Assembly: GCA_963775685.1 (NCBI GenBank)
Contig: CAVZJV010000014.1
Span: forward strand, 1,472,001 to 1,536,000
Source: Candidatus Bathyarchaeota archaeon
GTDB taxonomy: Archaea; Thermoproteota; Bathyarchaeia; Bathyarchaeales; Bathycorpusculaceae
Direction: 5' to 3'
DNA length: 64,000 bases
Shown: piece by piece, positions 29,603 through 39,786 of the stretch
How positions within the stretch are numbered: the first letter of the stretch is position 1
Layout: each line of letters opens with the position of its first letter
Translations under genes and position numbers: made by a program
Notes under the pieces: model-generated
What the model was told of the DNA's origin: nothing
The model's input: only the letters and a program-made list of their open reading frames with translations
The model's database searches: none

Positions 29603-30535
29603 ATGAGAGCACATATTGCTTTACTAACGATCTGCCTCATTGTTTCTCTTTCAATCGTTACCTTACCAGTTGAAGCTCAAGAATTAGAACCGCTCAACCT
29701 AACAATCAAGCCAGACGGACGCATCGAGCCGGAAACTGATTTTGTTTGGCTTCAAAGAAATGGTTCCACCTACACTTTTGTAGTAGATATTTTTGGTACA
29801 ATTACGGTTCAAAAAGCCGGAATTACAATCGACGGAGCGGGGCACACTCTTCAGGGCAATCAGACGCTAAATGTGAGAGGGATAAATCTGGTAGGCCGTG
29901 ACGAAGCCTTTAACGCATACGGCAATGTCGTAGTAAAGAATCTGAGCATCTACAATTTCTCAGAAGGCATCTACACTCCCTCAAACAACAACAGCTTTAT
30001 CGGAAATCGTATCGAGAACGCCGGCATACATATTTTGGGCGGTAGTGGAGAAGGCAACTTAGTAAAGCACAACAGTTTCGTAAACGCTCGAATCTTTGTA
30101 GACTATAACCGCGGCGGACTTGATGTAATTACTGAAAACAACTTTTTCAACAGCGGAACGCTCGTTGACTTGGCGGATGCACCCTTTGTAGACAAAAATT
30201 ATTGGAGCAATTACACTGCCGCTTATCCTAATGCCACTGAAGTGGACAGTTCAGGAATTTGGGATACCCCTTATGTGGATGAGGTCTCTTGGGCAACAAA
30301 CAGAAGCATTGATTACCATCCCTTGATCAACCCCGTAACCGATTTTGAGATTCCTGCATTTGGCATTCCCCCTTCATCGGCAACTCCTACTCCCACGCAA
30401 CCTCCAACCACTAATACTGGTGAAGCACCTCAAATAGAACACTTCTTGACAACCATACTTGTTGCCTTAGTAGTTGCAGCGGGTGTTTTGGGAATAAGTT
30501 TAGCGGTGTACAGAAACAGGCATAAGCAATCCTGA
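29603..30535 (+). CDS. Secreted beta-helix (NosD-like) surface protein with membrane anchor
   Basis: TIKPDG, RNGSTYT, IDGAGHTLQG, NYWSNY...SGIWDTPY, DYHPL, TM plus RNRHK. Confidence 0.85.
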   Translation: MRAHIALLTICLIVSLSIVTLPVEAQELEPLNLTIKPDGRIEPETDFVWLQRNGSTYTFVVDIFGTITVQKAGITIDGAGHTLQGNQTLNVRGINLVGRDEAFNAYGNVVVKNLSIYNFSEGIYTPSNNNSFIGNRIENAGIHILGGSGEGNLVKHNSFVNARIFVDYNRGGLDVITENNFFNSGTLVDLADAPFVDKNYWSNYTAAYPNATEVDSSGIWDTPYVDEVSWATNRSIDYHPLINPVTDFEIPAFGIPPSSATPTPTQPPTTNTGEAPQIEHFLTTILVALVVAAGVLGISLAVYRNRHKQS

Positions 30536-30674
30536 TTTTAGTTTCTCCTATTTGAAAGTTGGTTATTTGATGTTGTTTGTCAGTAGAATTTTTTTTGTGA
30601 GCTATCTATGCGACTGCTCTCTTTTCGATCTTGAACTTGAACCAAGTTATCAAACTGACTTTTCTGGTTAACTT

Positions 30675-30884
30675 TTGGAGGTGGTTTGTTTGGTTGATGA
30701 GATAGAGGTATCTGAGAATAAGGAAGCCCTAATCGTTTTGGCTGGCACCGTTGCAGGCGCTACCACTTCGTTTGTTGCTTCTTTACCGATTCCGCTGGAG
30801 ATTAAGGCTCCGGCGACTGCGTTAGCATCTACTGTGACGGGTGCAATTCTGCTTTACTGGAAAAATAAAGTAAATATGCAGTAA
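30675..30884 (+). CDS. Small two-TM membrane protein (holin-like size and position)
   Basis: Two hydrophobic segments and basic tail; downstream of tail genes. Confidence 0.45.
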   Translation: MEVVCLVDEIEVSENKEALIVLAGTVAGATTSFVASLPIPLEIKAPATALASTVTGAILLYWKNKVNMQ

Positions 30885-30996
30885 GCAGGCACCCTCTTCT
30901 TTTTTTAGTTAATTATTTTTGTTGACTTAGCGACAGCTCTGGCTTCTACTACATGCATTTTGTGTTGGTTTCGTCATCACACAAATACTTGTTTCT

Positions 30997-31332
30997 TTAT
31001 TTTATTTTGGTTCGATAGTCTGGTTCGATAGTTGCCGAGATATCAAAGTGTATTCGTTCTAAGTCGTCATCTGTAAGCAAGTCCTCTTTGGTGCGTACAG
31101 TGATTGTGTAGTCTGCCATGTCCATTAGAAGGCACTCGCAGATTACGCAGCGATAAATGCCTTTTAGCTCGTCTCGCAATAAATCAGTTTTTGCAGAAAC
31201 CATAACGGCATCGTCCTTATCCGTGGCCAATCGGGGGATTTCAGGGCTTAGCTTCTCAAGAATTGTTTTTACTTCTTGTTCAGTTCTACGGCATATCCAG
31301 CATTGTTTTTCTTTACCCATTTTCAGTTTCAC
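30997..31332 (-). CDS. Zn-binding hypothetical protein
   Basis: CWIC and CVIC pairs. Confidence 0.55.
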   Translation of the reverse strand: MKLKMGKEKQCWICRRTEQEVKTILEKLSPEIPRLATDKDDAVMVSAKTDLLRDELKGIYRCVICECLLMDMADYTITVRTKEDLLTDDDLERIHFDISATIEPDYRTKIK

Positions 31333-31373
31333 CTAAACCACATATTTTGATTAAGCTTATTTCTTTTAGGCAG

Positions 31374-31610
31374 TTATTTTTTTGGGTTAGCGGTAGCTCT
31401 GGCCTCTTCTTCATCAGCTTTTCTTTCGTCTTCCTCGATTTCTTTTAGCACGTCTTTGTCTTCAACTTGGCAGGTGTTCTCCTCATCCACTTCAACATCT
31501 CGGTCTTGGATGCGATGTTTAGCTATTGCGACTGCTTCTTCTTTGGTGTTTGCATCCACAATTTCGGAACAATATTCAATTATAAAGTAATTCTTTTTTG
31601 GTTTGGACAT
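31374..31610 (-). CDS. Small acidic viral-type hypothetical protein
   Basis: VDANTKEEAVAIA motif; AGGAG SD. Confidence 0.55.
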   Translation of the reverse strand: MSKPKKNYFIIEYCSEIVDANTKEEAVAIAKHRIQDRDVEVDEENTCQVEDKDVLKEIEEDERKADEEEARATANPKK

Positions 31611-31970
31611 AGGTTAGTCTCCTTTATGCTGAGCTTTCGCCATCTTATTATGTCTAACGGGGAATTTGGTCTATAGTCATGCGCGTTTATTTACTAGCAG
31701 TAGGCGCCTACATCGCAGTCTCACCAGCAACAGAAAACATCAATGAACTTCGCAGCAGTAGCATACTTCTGCGACCAGCCGTTACCAACCTTTCGGGAAA
31801 ACCTCTGATTACGTTGCTAGCATGTTAAACGCTGATTCTGCGAAATTGGCGAAGCTGATTAGGCTTGTTGAAATGCTTCAGCAAACAAAGGTTTACTGTT
31901 TTGGGTTAAGTGTTAGCTCATAATCCAAAATGCTTATAGTTGTCATTATACATTTTATTAACTGACCATT

Positions 31971-32420
31971 ATGTCTGAGAAAACAGTTTCAATCCTTCGA
32001 GCAATAGGAAACCCGAACAAAGCAAAAATAATCGCACACCTCGCAAAGCATAGAGGTGAGACGGCTGAAGGCATTGGAAAACACTTAGGCTATCCACTAC
32101 CAACCGTTTACAAGTACCTTCGAGAGCTTGAAGCTGCAAGCGCTGTAGAGAGCGAAGCTAAAGGCAACACAAGAGTGTATTTTGCTGGCGATTTCAAGCT
32201 TGAAGTTTCGCCTGAGAAGTTAATGGAGGCGTTCGAGGAACAAACGATGATGGATCTCTATAAAGGCCGATTTGGGGCTGAGGGTGTAGAGAAGTTTAAC
32301 AACGTTGCAGCTAAAGCTAAAGCGGGAAAGATGACTTTTAGACAAGCAGCCGCCACACTGGGCATAAACTACTACGAGTTTATCTCACTTCTAGAAGAAG
32401 CTGGCACCCTCGATGCCTAA
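31971..32420 (+). CDS. ArsR-type HTH fused to UPF0175-like domain (putative antitoxin)
   Basis: LRAIGNPNKAKII...TVYKYLRELE; C-terminal GKMTFRQAAATLGINYYEFISLL. Confidence 0.75.
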   Translation: MSEKTVSILRAIGNPNKAKIIAHLAKHRGETAEGIGKHLGYPLPTVYKYLRELEAASAVESEAKGNTRVYFAGDFKLEVSPEKLMEAFEEQTMMDLYKGRFGAEGVEKFNNVAAKAKAGKMTFRQAAATLGINYYEFISLLEEAGTLDA

Positions 32421-32910
32421 GTGTCTTGTAGTAGATTCGTCAGTTCTCATATTCTATGATAGAAAGAGGAAATTAGAGGATTTCTTGCAGGCGAAAAAGA
32501 AAGAAAACTATAAAATCATAATTCCAAAAGCGATAGCACAGGAAGTCGTTGATGAACCAAAAGAGTTTGCAAGAGAAATCAAACAAACAGCTCCCGAATC
32601 CGCAAAGCGAATACTTGAGTCTGTGAAAAGGTTCAACACTGCTATTGAGCAAGGCCTTATCCAAGTGGAAAATGTGAACTATAGAGAATATTCGAAAGTG
32701 ATAGATAACGTTAGAAAACACTTAAGCAAGCTCGATGCTACTCCAGAATACGCGGTAAAGAAAGGCGACCCAGAACTCATAGCGCTTGTTATTCAACTCT
32801 ACGGTGAAGCTAAAGAGAAGGTCTTTGTTGCAACATTGGATAAGGGGTTGCTAAAGGCGCTCAAGCCATTTGGAGGCTTAGTTGATTACGAGGTCATAGA
32901 AAGAACATGA
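32413..32910 (+). CDS. PIN-domain protein (putative toxin)
   Basis: VVDSSVLI, IPKAIAQEV, GDPELIAL, ATLDKGL; overlaps the antitoxin. Confidence 0.8.
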   Translation: MPKCLVVDSSVLIFYDRKRKLEDFLQAKKKENYKIIIPKAIAQEVVDEPKEFAREIKQTAPESAKRILESVKRFNTAIEQGLIQVENVNYREYSKVIDNVRKHLSKLDATPEYAVKKGDPELIALVIQLYGEAKEKVFVATLDKGLLKALKPFGGLVDYEVIERT

Positions 32911-33149
32911 AACCTTAGATTTCAATCAGATTCAAAAAAGAATTTATCCTGTAAACAACGCACCTTTCTTTTTAACTCAACCTTTTGTAGTAATATGGCA
33001 TTAGCCTTATTACAGGCGCAAGAAAAATCAATGAATTCCGACCTAATTCCCAGAATTAATTGATTCCCCCAAAATTCCAAAGTTCCATCCATAAAGGAAA
33101 TTAAGGGGGTATTATTCGATCTAATTTAGCGCTCTGGAACCATGTGGTT

Positions 33150-33473
33150 TCAATCGCTGATTGGATTTTCTGCCATTTCAGCTTGAACTTGAGTCATGTT
33201 AACAGGAGTTGCCTTAGCTGGGTCAAACGGCGGTAACGTAGACTCAGGACCTGTTTCAGTTATGTTGATGCTTGGAATTTTTAACGGTGCAAGAGTAGGC
33301 TGAGAATTGAGTAATGTTGCATTAGAGTTTGAGGATCGGATTAAGCCAAGCCTTGATGGTGTATTGGATTGTATTGATTGTGCGAGGACCGTTGCAGCAA
33401 GAGCAGTGATAAATAAGCTGGTGATTAGGCCGATTGTTATTATTTTTCTAATCTTTTTCACATCTATTCTCAA
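33150..33473 (-). CDS. Secreted protein fragment
   Basis: Signal peptide plus P/T-rich region, apparently truncated. Confidence 0.45.
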   Translation of the reverse strand: MRIDVKKIRKIITIGLITSLFITALAATVLAQSIQSNTPSRLGLIRSSNSNATLLNSQPTLAPLKIPSINITETGPESTLPPFDPAKATPVNMTQVQAEMAENPISD

Positions 33474-34317
33474 ATTTCCGCTTTATTCTTTTGTTTATGA
33501 GAGATACCAAGCGATGTCTGTTTGTGAATAAGGCAACTGAAACTATGACAGCACTTGCCACAGCAACAAGCAGTAAGTAAGGTAACCAGACGGATGAGAT
33601 TGAAGCTTTAGTGGTCAGTAAACTGGAGTCTGCCGGCAACTGATTTGCAGGTGCAGGCACGGGCGCCCAAGCGTATTTGATGCTAACGTTTGAAGTAGCC
33701 CCATTAACCATGAGTCCTGTGCCATATGGAATCACTCCATCGGTAAAGTTCAAACTGGATGTGTTATATTCTGTTTGTTTGCCATCGATGTAGACCTCAA
33801 CGCCAATCGGCCAAGTGCAAATTCCGTTATATGTATCCGGTGCAGGCTCTGTCCAATTTGCCAGATTGAACTGAATTATAATAATTTGCTCCCCGATACC
33901 AGCTACTGTGTAGTTTAGCCAGCCCACCGTTAACCATGAACCCTTATTCTGGTTGTCACTTCCATCGGGAGTTAGGAGGCGTTCGAAACTGGTTATAGTG
34001 ATATTGCTGTCTTGTGTTGTTATGTTTAGGTTTGCACTTGTTGGGCTGTCAGAGAGGATATCGGCTTGTTGCGGGTCAAGTTGTAGGTGAGTAAAAACCC
34101 ATGTGCCTTCGACAAGAGTGGCGTTATTGTAATATCCTGTCTGGTTGAAACCAACGGTGCCGTTTGTTGCTGGGATGATAAATTGGGTTTCTGACGTGAA
34201 CGCCATTGGAGTTGCGTTGGTTGTAAATATGTTTGTTACGTCGGCTTTTATGGGGAAAGCAGCATATGACAAAACTAAGATTGCGCAAAGTGCTAGAATG
34301 ATAATTCTGCATTTCAT
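33448..34317 (-). CDS. Secreted surface protein with C-terminal anchor
   Basis: Signal peptide, many N-x-S/T sequons, TM plus basic tail. Confidence 0.75.
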   Translation of the reverse strand: MKCRIIILALCAILVLSYAAFPIKADVTNIFTTNATPMAFTSETQFIIPATNGTVGFNQTGYYNNATLVEGTWVFTHLQLDPQQADILSDSPTSANLNITTQDSNITITSFERLLTPDGSDNQNKGSWLTVGWLNYTVAGIGEQIIIIQFNLANWTEPAPDTYNGICTWPIGVEVYIDGKQTEYNTSSLNFTDGVIPYGTGLMVNGATSNVSIKYAWAPVPAPANQLPADSSLLTTKASISSVWLPYLLLVAVASAVIVSVALFTNRHRLVSLINKRIKRKFENRCEKD

Positions 34318-34391
34318 TGTTGTTGTTACCTCTTGCTTTTGATATAATACTCAGAGTGGGGCGATACTTAATACGATGCTTTAGAACGAAC

Positions 34392-34819
34392 TGTTCTTCT
34401 TTTAGTACACGCCCGTGACAGCGCCATTATCTATCGATTAGTTTCTTTCTTGAGGCTTCTTTCTGAAAACAACAAAAGAGCCGAAACTATCCCAACTACT
34501 ATAGCGGCGACAGCAAAGAGAATTGAAACTATATTGCCGTTTGCTGAAGATTGAGTGGGTGCTGTTGTAGGCAAGGGCGTCATTGTAGAATTAGGATTTG
34601 AGGTAGGTTGAGGGTTTGGGGGACCTTGCGAAGCATCTTGGGGCAAAAAACTTACGGCTCCTGCCAGCAAGAAGGCTAATGCGATTGCAAGAATGGGCGC
34701 GAACAGCATTTTCTTTCGGAGCAGGCTCATAATTTCAACCTTACCTACGATACTTCATGAAAACATGTAGTCGGTTATTTAATGCTATATTTTATTGAAG
34801 GTGTTCTAATTTTCGAACA
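34392..34819. promoter_or_regulatory. TGTTC-N8-GAACA palindromes at 34392 and 34802
   Basis: tgttcttcttttagtaca and tgttctaattttcgaaca in intergenic regions; further copies at 35322 (N9), 39124, 39145. Confidence 0.55.
34431..34730 (-). CDS. Small two-TM protein with PT linker
   Basis: Hydrophobic ends flanking a Pro/Thr/Ser loop. Confidence 0.65.
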   Translation of the reverse strand: MSLLRKKMLFAPILAIALAFLLAGAVSFLPQDASQGPPNPQPTSNPNSTMTPLPTTAPTQSSANGNIVSILFAVAAIVVGIVSALLLFSERSLKKETNR

Positions 34820-34889
34820 GGCTACATGAGTAACTGTTGAGGGTAGCTCTTAAATTATTGTTGCGCTTTGTTTTGGCATGTGAAAGGTT

Positions 34890-35312
34890 TTGGTTGACGA
34901 TGATTCCAAAGAAGTGCTAAGAGGAACTACTCTTGAAGTTTACCGTTTTCTGTTAAAAAGCAACAAGCCTGTTGGAACGCGGGAACTTCAAAGAGCTCTA
35001 AATCTTAGTAGTTCCTCGGTGGCCACTTACCATCTATCTAAACTTGAAGATGCTGGGCTTCTAAGAAAGGAGCCTGGCGGTTTCACCGTTAGCAAATTCC
35101 TTTTGGAAAACAGCATCAAAATAAATCGTTTTCTGGTTCCAAGATACTTTTTTTATGCGATATTTGCCGTAGCAATTCTCATAATAGAATTGACAATCAT
35201 GAAGCCTGCTGTTCTTTACCGTGAATACATTTTTTCGTTAGTTGCAACCATGATACTCGCCTTTTTCTTTTGTTATGAGACACTAAAAACTTGGCGACGG
35301 GGCAATTTGTAG
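34890..35312 (+). CDS. Membrane-anchored wHTH transcriptional regulator
   Basis: LRGTTLEVYRFLL..PVGTRELQRALNLSSSSVATYHLSKLE plus two C-terminal TM helices. Confidence 0.85.
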   Translation: MVDDDSKEVLRGTTLEVYRFLLKSNKPVGTRELQRALNLSSSSVATYHLSKLEDAGLLRKEPGGFTVSKFLLENSIKINRFLVPRYFFYAIFAVAILIIELTIMKPAVLYREYIFSLVATMILAFFFCYETLKTWRRGNL

Positions 35313-35375
35313 CAATCGATGTGTTCTAAAGCTTAGAGCTAAATACACGCCAAACTCTCCATATTTGAGGCTGAA

Positions 35376-36353
35376 ATGATGATGATCCTTTCAAAGAAGG
35401 CACTTCTGATAATGTTTCTGTTCGTAGTTTTGTTTGTTCCATTGGGACAACTTTCAACAGTGCATTCTGACCCATTACCACAGACTTTAGAGTCTAAGGC
35501 GTTTGCCTGCTTAACTGATGTTTATCCTCTAAACTTAACCCATTATAATGTGACGGCTGATCCCGTCTATACGTTATCCTCAGCGTCAGACACCTCCACA
35601 ACTCAAGCAGTCAATTACAAACTCAACTCACCCGACAGCAACCTTGTAGCAAACTTCCTGTTCAAAGATGGCAAATTGTATTCACTCACCCTAAGCGTCG
35701 TGAACGGTTCAGTAGTCACCTCACAGTCCTATGACAACTTGACCGATGCATCCCGAGACCTTCTGCTTAAGTATCAGGCGTTTAGTGGTGCGGACTCGAC
35801 AGACCTTATCTGGTTGCTAAACCACTTTGACGAGAGTAAAAACATCCCAGTAACTTTAGGCAATGTGAGTGTGAGTCTTAGGGTTTCTCATTTAGGGTTA
35901 CCTAACACGGGAATCGTGACAACAACCTTCAACTGGATTTATTTACTGAATGTCGTGGATGACACCGCCGTTACTTTAACCTTAGCCAACAACACATTCG
36001 GCGGTCTTTTCGACTCACGCCAACTCTACAAGATAGGCAGTGGCGAAGCAATAACCGCAGCAACAAACTACATCGCGAGTCATACATTTACTTGTTCTAA
36101 CGGAGCTCAAGTAAACGGTATCGACGTTGACAAAGACCGCTCAGTTGCGAAATTTTTCGCTTTAGCCCAAAACGGGACCCTCCAAGCCTGCTGGAACGTA
36201 ACTTTGAGCCTCAACCATACATATCAAGGAGGCGTTGATGCCCTTCAAATGGATGTTTGGGCGAATTCAGGTGAAGTTATTGGCTTCCGTAACCAATCAG
36301 TCAACTCGTTACAGGTTAACGACTCAAACATGAATCCTTCAGTAGTAGGGTGA
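35376..36353 (+). CDS. Secreted hypothetical protein
   Basis: Signal peptide; C-terminal W.V.L...V..WANSGEV PepSY-like ending. Confidence 0.7.
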   Translation: MMMILSKKALLIMFLFVVLFVPLGQLSTVHSDPLPQTLESKAFACLTDVYPLNLTHYNVTADPVYTLSSASDTSTTQAVNYKLNSPDSNLVANFLFKDGKLYSLTLSVVNGSVVTSQSYDNLTDASRDLLLKYQAFSGADSTDLIWLLNHFDESKNIPVTLGNVSVSLRVSHLGLPNTGIVTTTFNWIYLLNVVDDTAVTLTLANNTFGGLFDSRQLYKIGSGEAITAATNYIASHTFTCSNGAQVNGIDVDKDRSVAKFFALAQNGTLQACWNVTLSLNHTYQGGVDALQMDVWANSGEVIGFRNQSVNSLQVNDSNMNPSVVG

Positions 36354-36420
36354 CCATAACCGCGATTGCCGCCCTTACGATAGCAGTTGGAATAATTCTC
36401 ATACGAAGGCACAGAAAACA

Positions 36421-36951
36421 TTGAACAGAAAACTTAAGCTGTTATCAGGTGCTGTTATCTTAATCTTCTTTTTTTTGGTTTTATCACTCTTTTTAGTATG
36501 GACTAAACCAACAGCACCTTCATCCCTTCAACCTAAAGGGAACGTCTATTTGCATTTTCCAAGTGATTATCAGGGAGGCGCAGAAACCAAGGCTTACTTG
36601 ATTGATTCACAACTTTATTATGGAACTTATAATCAAAGCTTTACCCGCTCAGGCGCCACAGGCGCCTATTCTATTAACAATGGCGATGCGTGCGTTATCA
36701 TAAATGGAACAGTTAGAAACGACTACTCCAAAGATTACTATTTCAGCATAACAGCAAACGTTTACAATTCTACAAACCAAAAGATCGGACCAATTCTTAC
36801 CGCAGACTCGCCACAGCCAGGTTTCACCATTACTAAAGTGAGCAGCAATTCAACAGGAACATTTGAAATACAAATCCCATACGACAGAAAAGACATCGTA
36901 AATTACGACCTTCTTCTCGCATTCGAACCCACCGAAAACCCGCCCACATAA
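36421..36951 (+). CDS. Membrane-anchored hypothetical protein
   Basis: N-terminal TM; GDACVIINGTVRNDY. Confidence 0.7.
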   Translation: MNRKLKLLSGAVILIFFFLVLSLFLVWTKPTAPSSLQPKGNVYLHFPSDYQGGAETKAYLIDSQLYYGTYNQSFTRSGATGAYSINNGDACVIINGTVRNDYSKDYYFSITANVYNSTNQKIGPILTADSPQPGFTITKVSSNSTGTFEIQIPYDRKDIVNYDLLLAFEPTENPPT

Positions 36952-37019
36952 GGAGCCCCTCGAAAATGAAAAGCCAAAATGTTCAAGCAACTGACGCAAT
37001 CCTTGACAAGACTTATTGT

Positions 37020-37035
37020 GTCAAGAAATTTTTAC
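37020..37035. promoter_or_regulatory. GTCAAG-type palindrome before promoter of 37085 gene
   Basis: gtcaagaaatttttac followed by TATA-like tttatttaaa; half site cttgac at 37002. Confidence 0.6.
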
Positions 37036-37084
37036 AAACAGACATTTATTTAAAAAATTGTATTCCAGCTATAGGTGATTGTAG

Positions 37085-37957
37085 ATGAGAGAGAAACGAT
37101 TTCTAGCAGTTTTAACAGTTTTGATGTTGCTGATAACCGGAGGAATTGCCTTTATGATGGCAGAGGCGCAAGCGCAATCTTCAGAAAGTGTATACATTAA
37201 CGCAGACGGGTCAGTGACAGGGACCAATAATATCCAACGAAACCGCAATGTTTACACTTTAATGGATAACATTTCAGGCAACATTCAAGTTCAGAGAAGC
37301 AATATAGTATTGGACGGAGCAGGGTATTCCCTTAACCAAGGTGGAATAGACCTAACCAACGGGATAGGGCAAGACCCAACACATTCCACCATTAGCAATG
37401 TAACAATCGAGAACTTCTATATTGAAAATGGAGGCATAGGCACTAATGGCGGTGGTAATTACACGTTCTACAATGACTACATTCCCTCCATCCAGTTTTT
37501 GGGAGACTGTATTAACAACAACATAACTTTCTGTACCGTTTCAGCAATTGCATTCGATTATGGAGGAAACGCCACATTAACCGAAAATAACCTTGGTAAC
37601 ATTTTAGTGTGGTTAAGTTTCGGTGGAATTGCTGACAGAAACTATTGAAGTGACTATTTAACTAAGTACCCTAATGCTACAGAAATTGATGATTCTGGGA
37701 TAGGCAACCAACCATATGTCTATGCTACTGTACAGAATTACACGCAAACAATCTATTGCCAAGATAATCATCCGCTAATGAAGCCAGTAACAATTCCACT
37801 GATGGGTTCAAATCCTTTAGTCAATCCAAGTGCCACTCCTCCTATTCCAGAGTTTCAACCATGGACAGTTTTGTTGCTGTTTGGCATAATAGTTACAACT
37901 GCTGGTTTGTTGGTTTACTTCAAAAAACGCCAACCGAAATCGGGAGGTAAAATATGA
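37085..37957 (+). pseudogene. Beta-helix surface protein interrupted by TGA at a conserved Trp (37646)
   Basis: RNY*SDYLTKYPNATEIDDSGIG; frame continues to PIPEFQP, TM, FKKR, stop at 37957. Confidence 0.8.
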
Positions 37958-39082
37958 GAAAGAATGTTGTATTGCTGGCTGTTCTCGTCGTCTTGGCAAT
38001 TTCATGTTTGGCTGTATATTTACCCCGTTAAGGCTGAATCTAAAACAATCACTGTACCAGACGATTTCCACACTATTCAAAAAGCCATCAACGCTGCCGA
38101 CGTAGGAGACACAATATTCGTTAAGAAGGGCAGTTATTTTGAAAATCCAGTGGTCAACAAATCGGTTTCATTGGTTGGAGAAGATAGGGATGCAACTGTA
38201 ATTGATGTGACAGCTGGTTTGAAGGTAGAAAGCGATAATGTAACCATAACAGGCTTGACCATATTTGACGGTTGGCAGGGGATCACGGTATCTGCAAACA
38301 ACTCTAAAATTTCGAGAAACAAGATAACGAATTGTCAATATGGCATAGTATTACTCAATTCGCAGGATAGCACCATTAGCGAGAATTTTCTTCAATCAAT
38401 CGGACTTTCGGCTGCCATCCAACTGAGCTACTCAAACAAGAATATGATTAAGAACAACTATATTGAATCCTGTACAGAAGGCATTCAGCTTAGAGCAGGT
38501 AGTTCTAATAACGTGGTTATAGAAAATACCGTAACAAATTGCCAAGACGTAGCTATCCGACTATTAGCAGAATACTCCCCATCGAAATGGTATAACCCAG
38601 ACGGAAACACAATAATGCGGAATAACATCTCAAATTCAGGTTGTGGAACATCCGTTTATGGTTCAAGCAATAACATCATATCAAATAATGACTATGTTAA
38701 CAACACCATACAGTTTTCTGCTAATGAAGACTATTGTCTTACATGGGGCGGTAGTCATTCAACTAATTCTTTTGACCGAAACTATTGGAGTAACTATAAC
38801 GGGAAAGACTCTAATAGAGATGGCATCGGTGACACCCCATTCATTATAGACTCCTACAATAAAGATAACAATCCTGTTATGTCCTCAATTCCAGTAACTT
38901 TGCCTAATTATGGTCCAACTTCCTCTCCAATCCCAACCATCAATACGGGTCCTCATATGCCAGAAACAGAGTCGTTCCCAACTTCATCCGTAATAGTTAT
39001 TGCTTTGATTGTTATAGCGGTTGTTATTGCCTCTTTGTTGCTTTATAGAAGGCATCGAAAAACCGCTAACCCACTGAATTAA
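37954..39082 (+). pseudogene. NosD/beta-helix surface protein, frameshift in signal peptide (C-run near 38023)
   Basis: MRKNVVLLAVLVVLAISCLAVYLP / VKAESKTITVPDDFHTIQKAINAA; NYWSNY..DGIGDTP; TM plus RRHRK. Confidence 0.8.
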
Positions 39083-39237
39083 GACTTTTTCTCAATTAAA
39101 TGTATAATCACCCAATCGTTTACTGTTCTTTTTGCGGAACAGATTGTTCTCTAAGGAGAGCTAAAAGCAACTCTGTAGTATACTATATTTTGACCAGAAA
39201 TAAAGAAAGCTCTGTAACTAAGGGAAATGATGACTAA

Positions 39238-39687
39238 ATGAAAACCAAAGTAAAAGTTTTAGCTATAATAATTTCAGCAATAGTCATAGCAACAATTGGA
39301 TTTACTGTTGAATTTAGGCCTATACCAACCCAAACACCAGCTACTTCTTTAATAAAAACAACACCAACGCCTATAACAAGTAATGTAACAGTCTCAGGCT
39401 TAATTATTAGCCACGGCTTAACTGTCCCACCTACAGAAGTACAGTTCATAAATACAGAAACCCATGAAGTGTACAAAGCACCAATAAGTCAGCCACAATA
39501 TTCCTATGCTATATCTCTTCCAGTTAATCAAACGTATGGCATAGAAGGTGACTGGAACGGCAGGACATTTAACGCTACTGGAATACCGATGGGGGCCATA
39601 ACAATGAGATGTGACAATGGTTTACCAATTCTAAATCTTGACAATGCCAAGATTACTATGACGCAAAATCTTGTTGTTGGGCAGTAA
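39238..39687 (+). CDS. Membrane-anchored hypothetical protein
   Basis: N-terminal TM, PT linker. Confidence 0.65.
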   Translation: MKTKVKVLAIIISAIVIATIGFTVEFRPIPTQTPATSLIKTTPTPITSNVTVSGLIISHGLTVPPTEVQFINTETHEVYKAPISQPQYSYAISLPVNQTYGIEGDWNGRTFNATGIPMGAITMRCDNGLPILNLDNAKITMTQNLVVGQ

Positions 39688-39786
39688 GAGTGAGTAGACC
39701 TTTTCCCAAGCAAGTGTACCGTGCTTTCTGACAAATAAATTCTTTTAAGCAAGGCAAAACAAACAAAGATATCTAACAACAATCGA

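Noticed and set aside
27084-30535. Diversity-generating retroelement targeting the tail tip
   Set aside because: No reverse transcriptase and no template/variable repeat pair seen
37646-37648. TGA reassigned to Trp or Sec
   Set aside because: TGA terminates ordinary genes in this window and Trp is encoded by TGG elsewhere; a nonsense mutation is simpler
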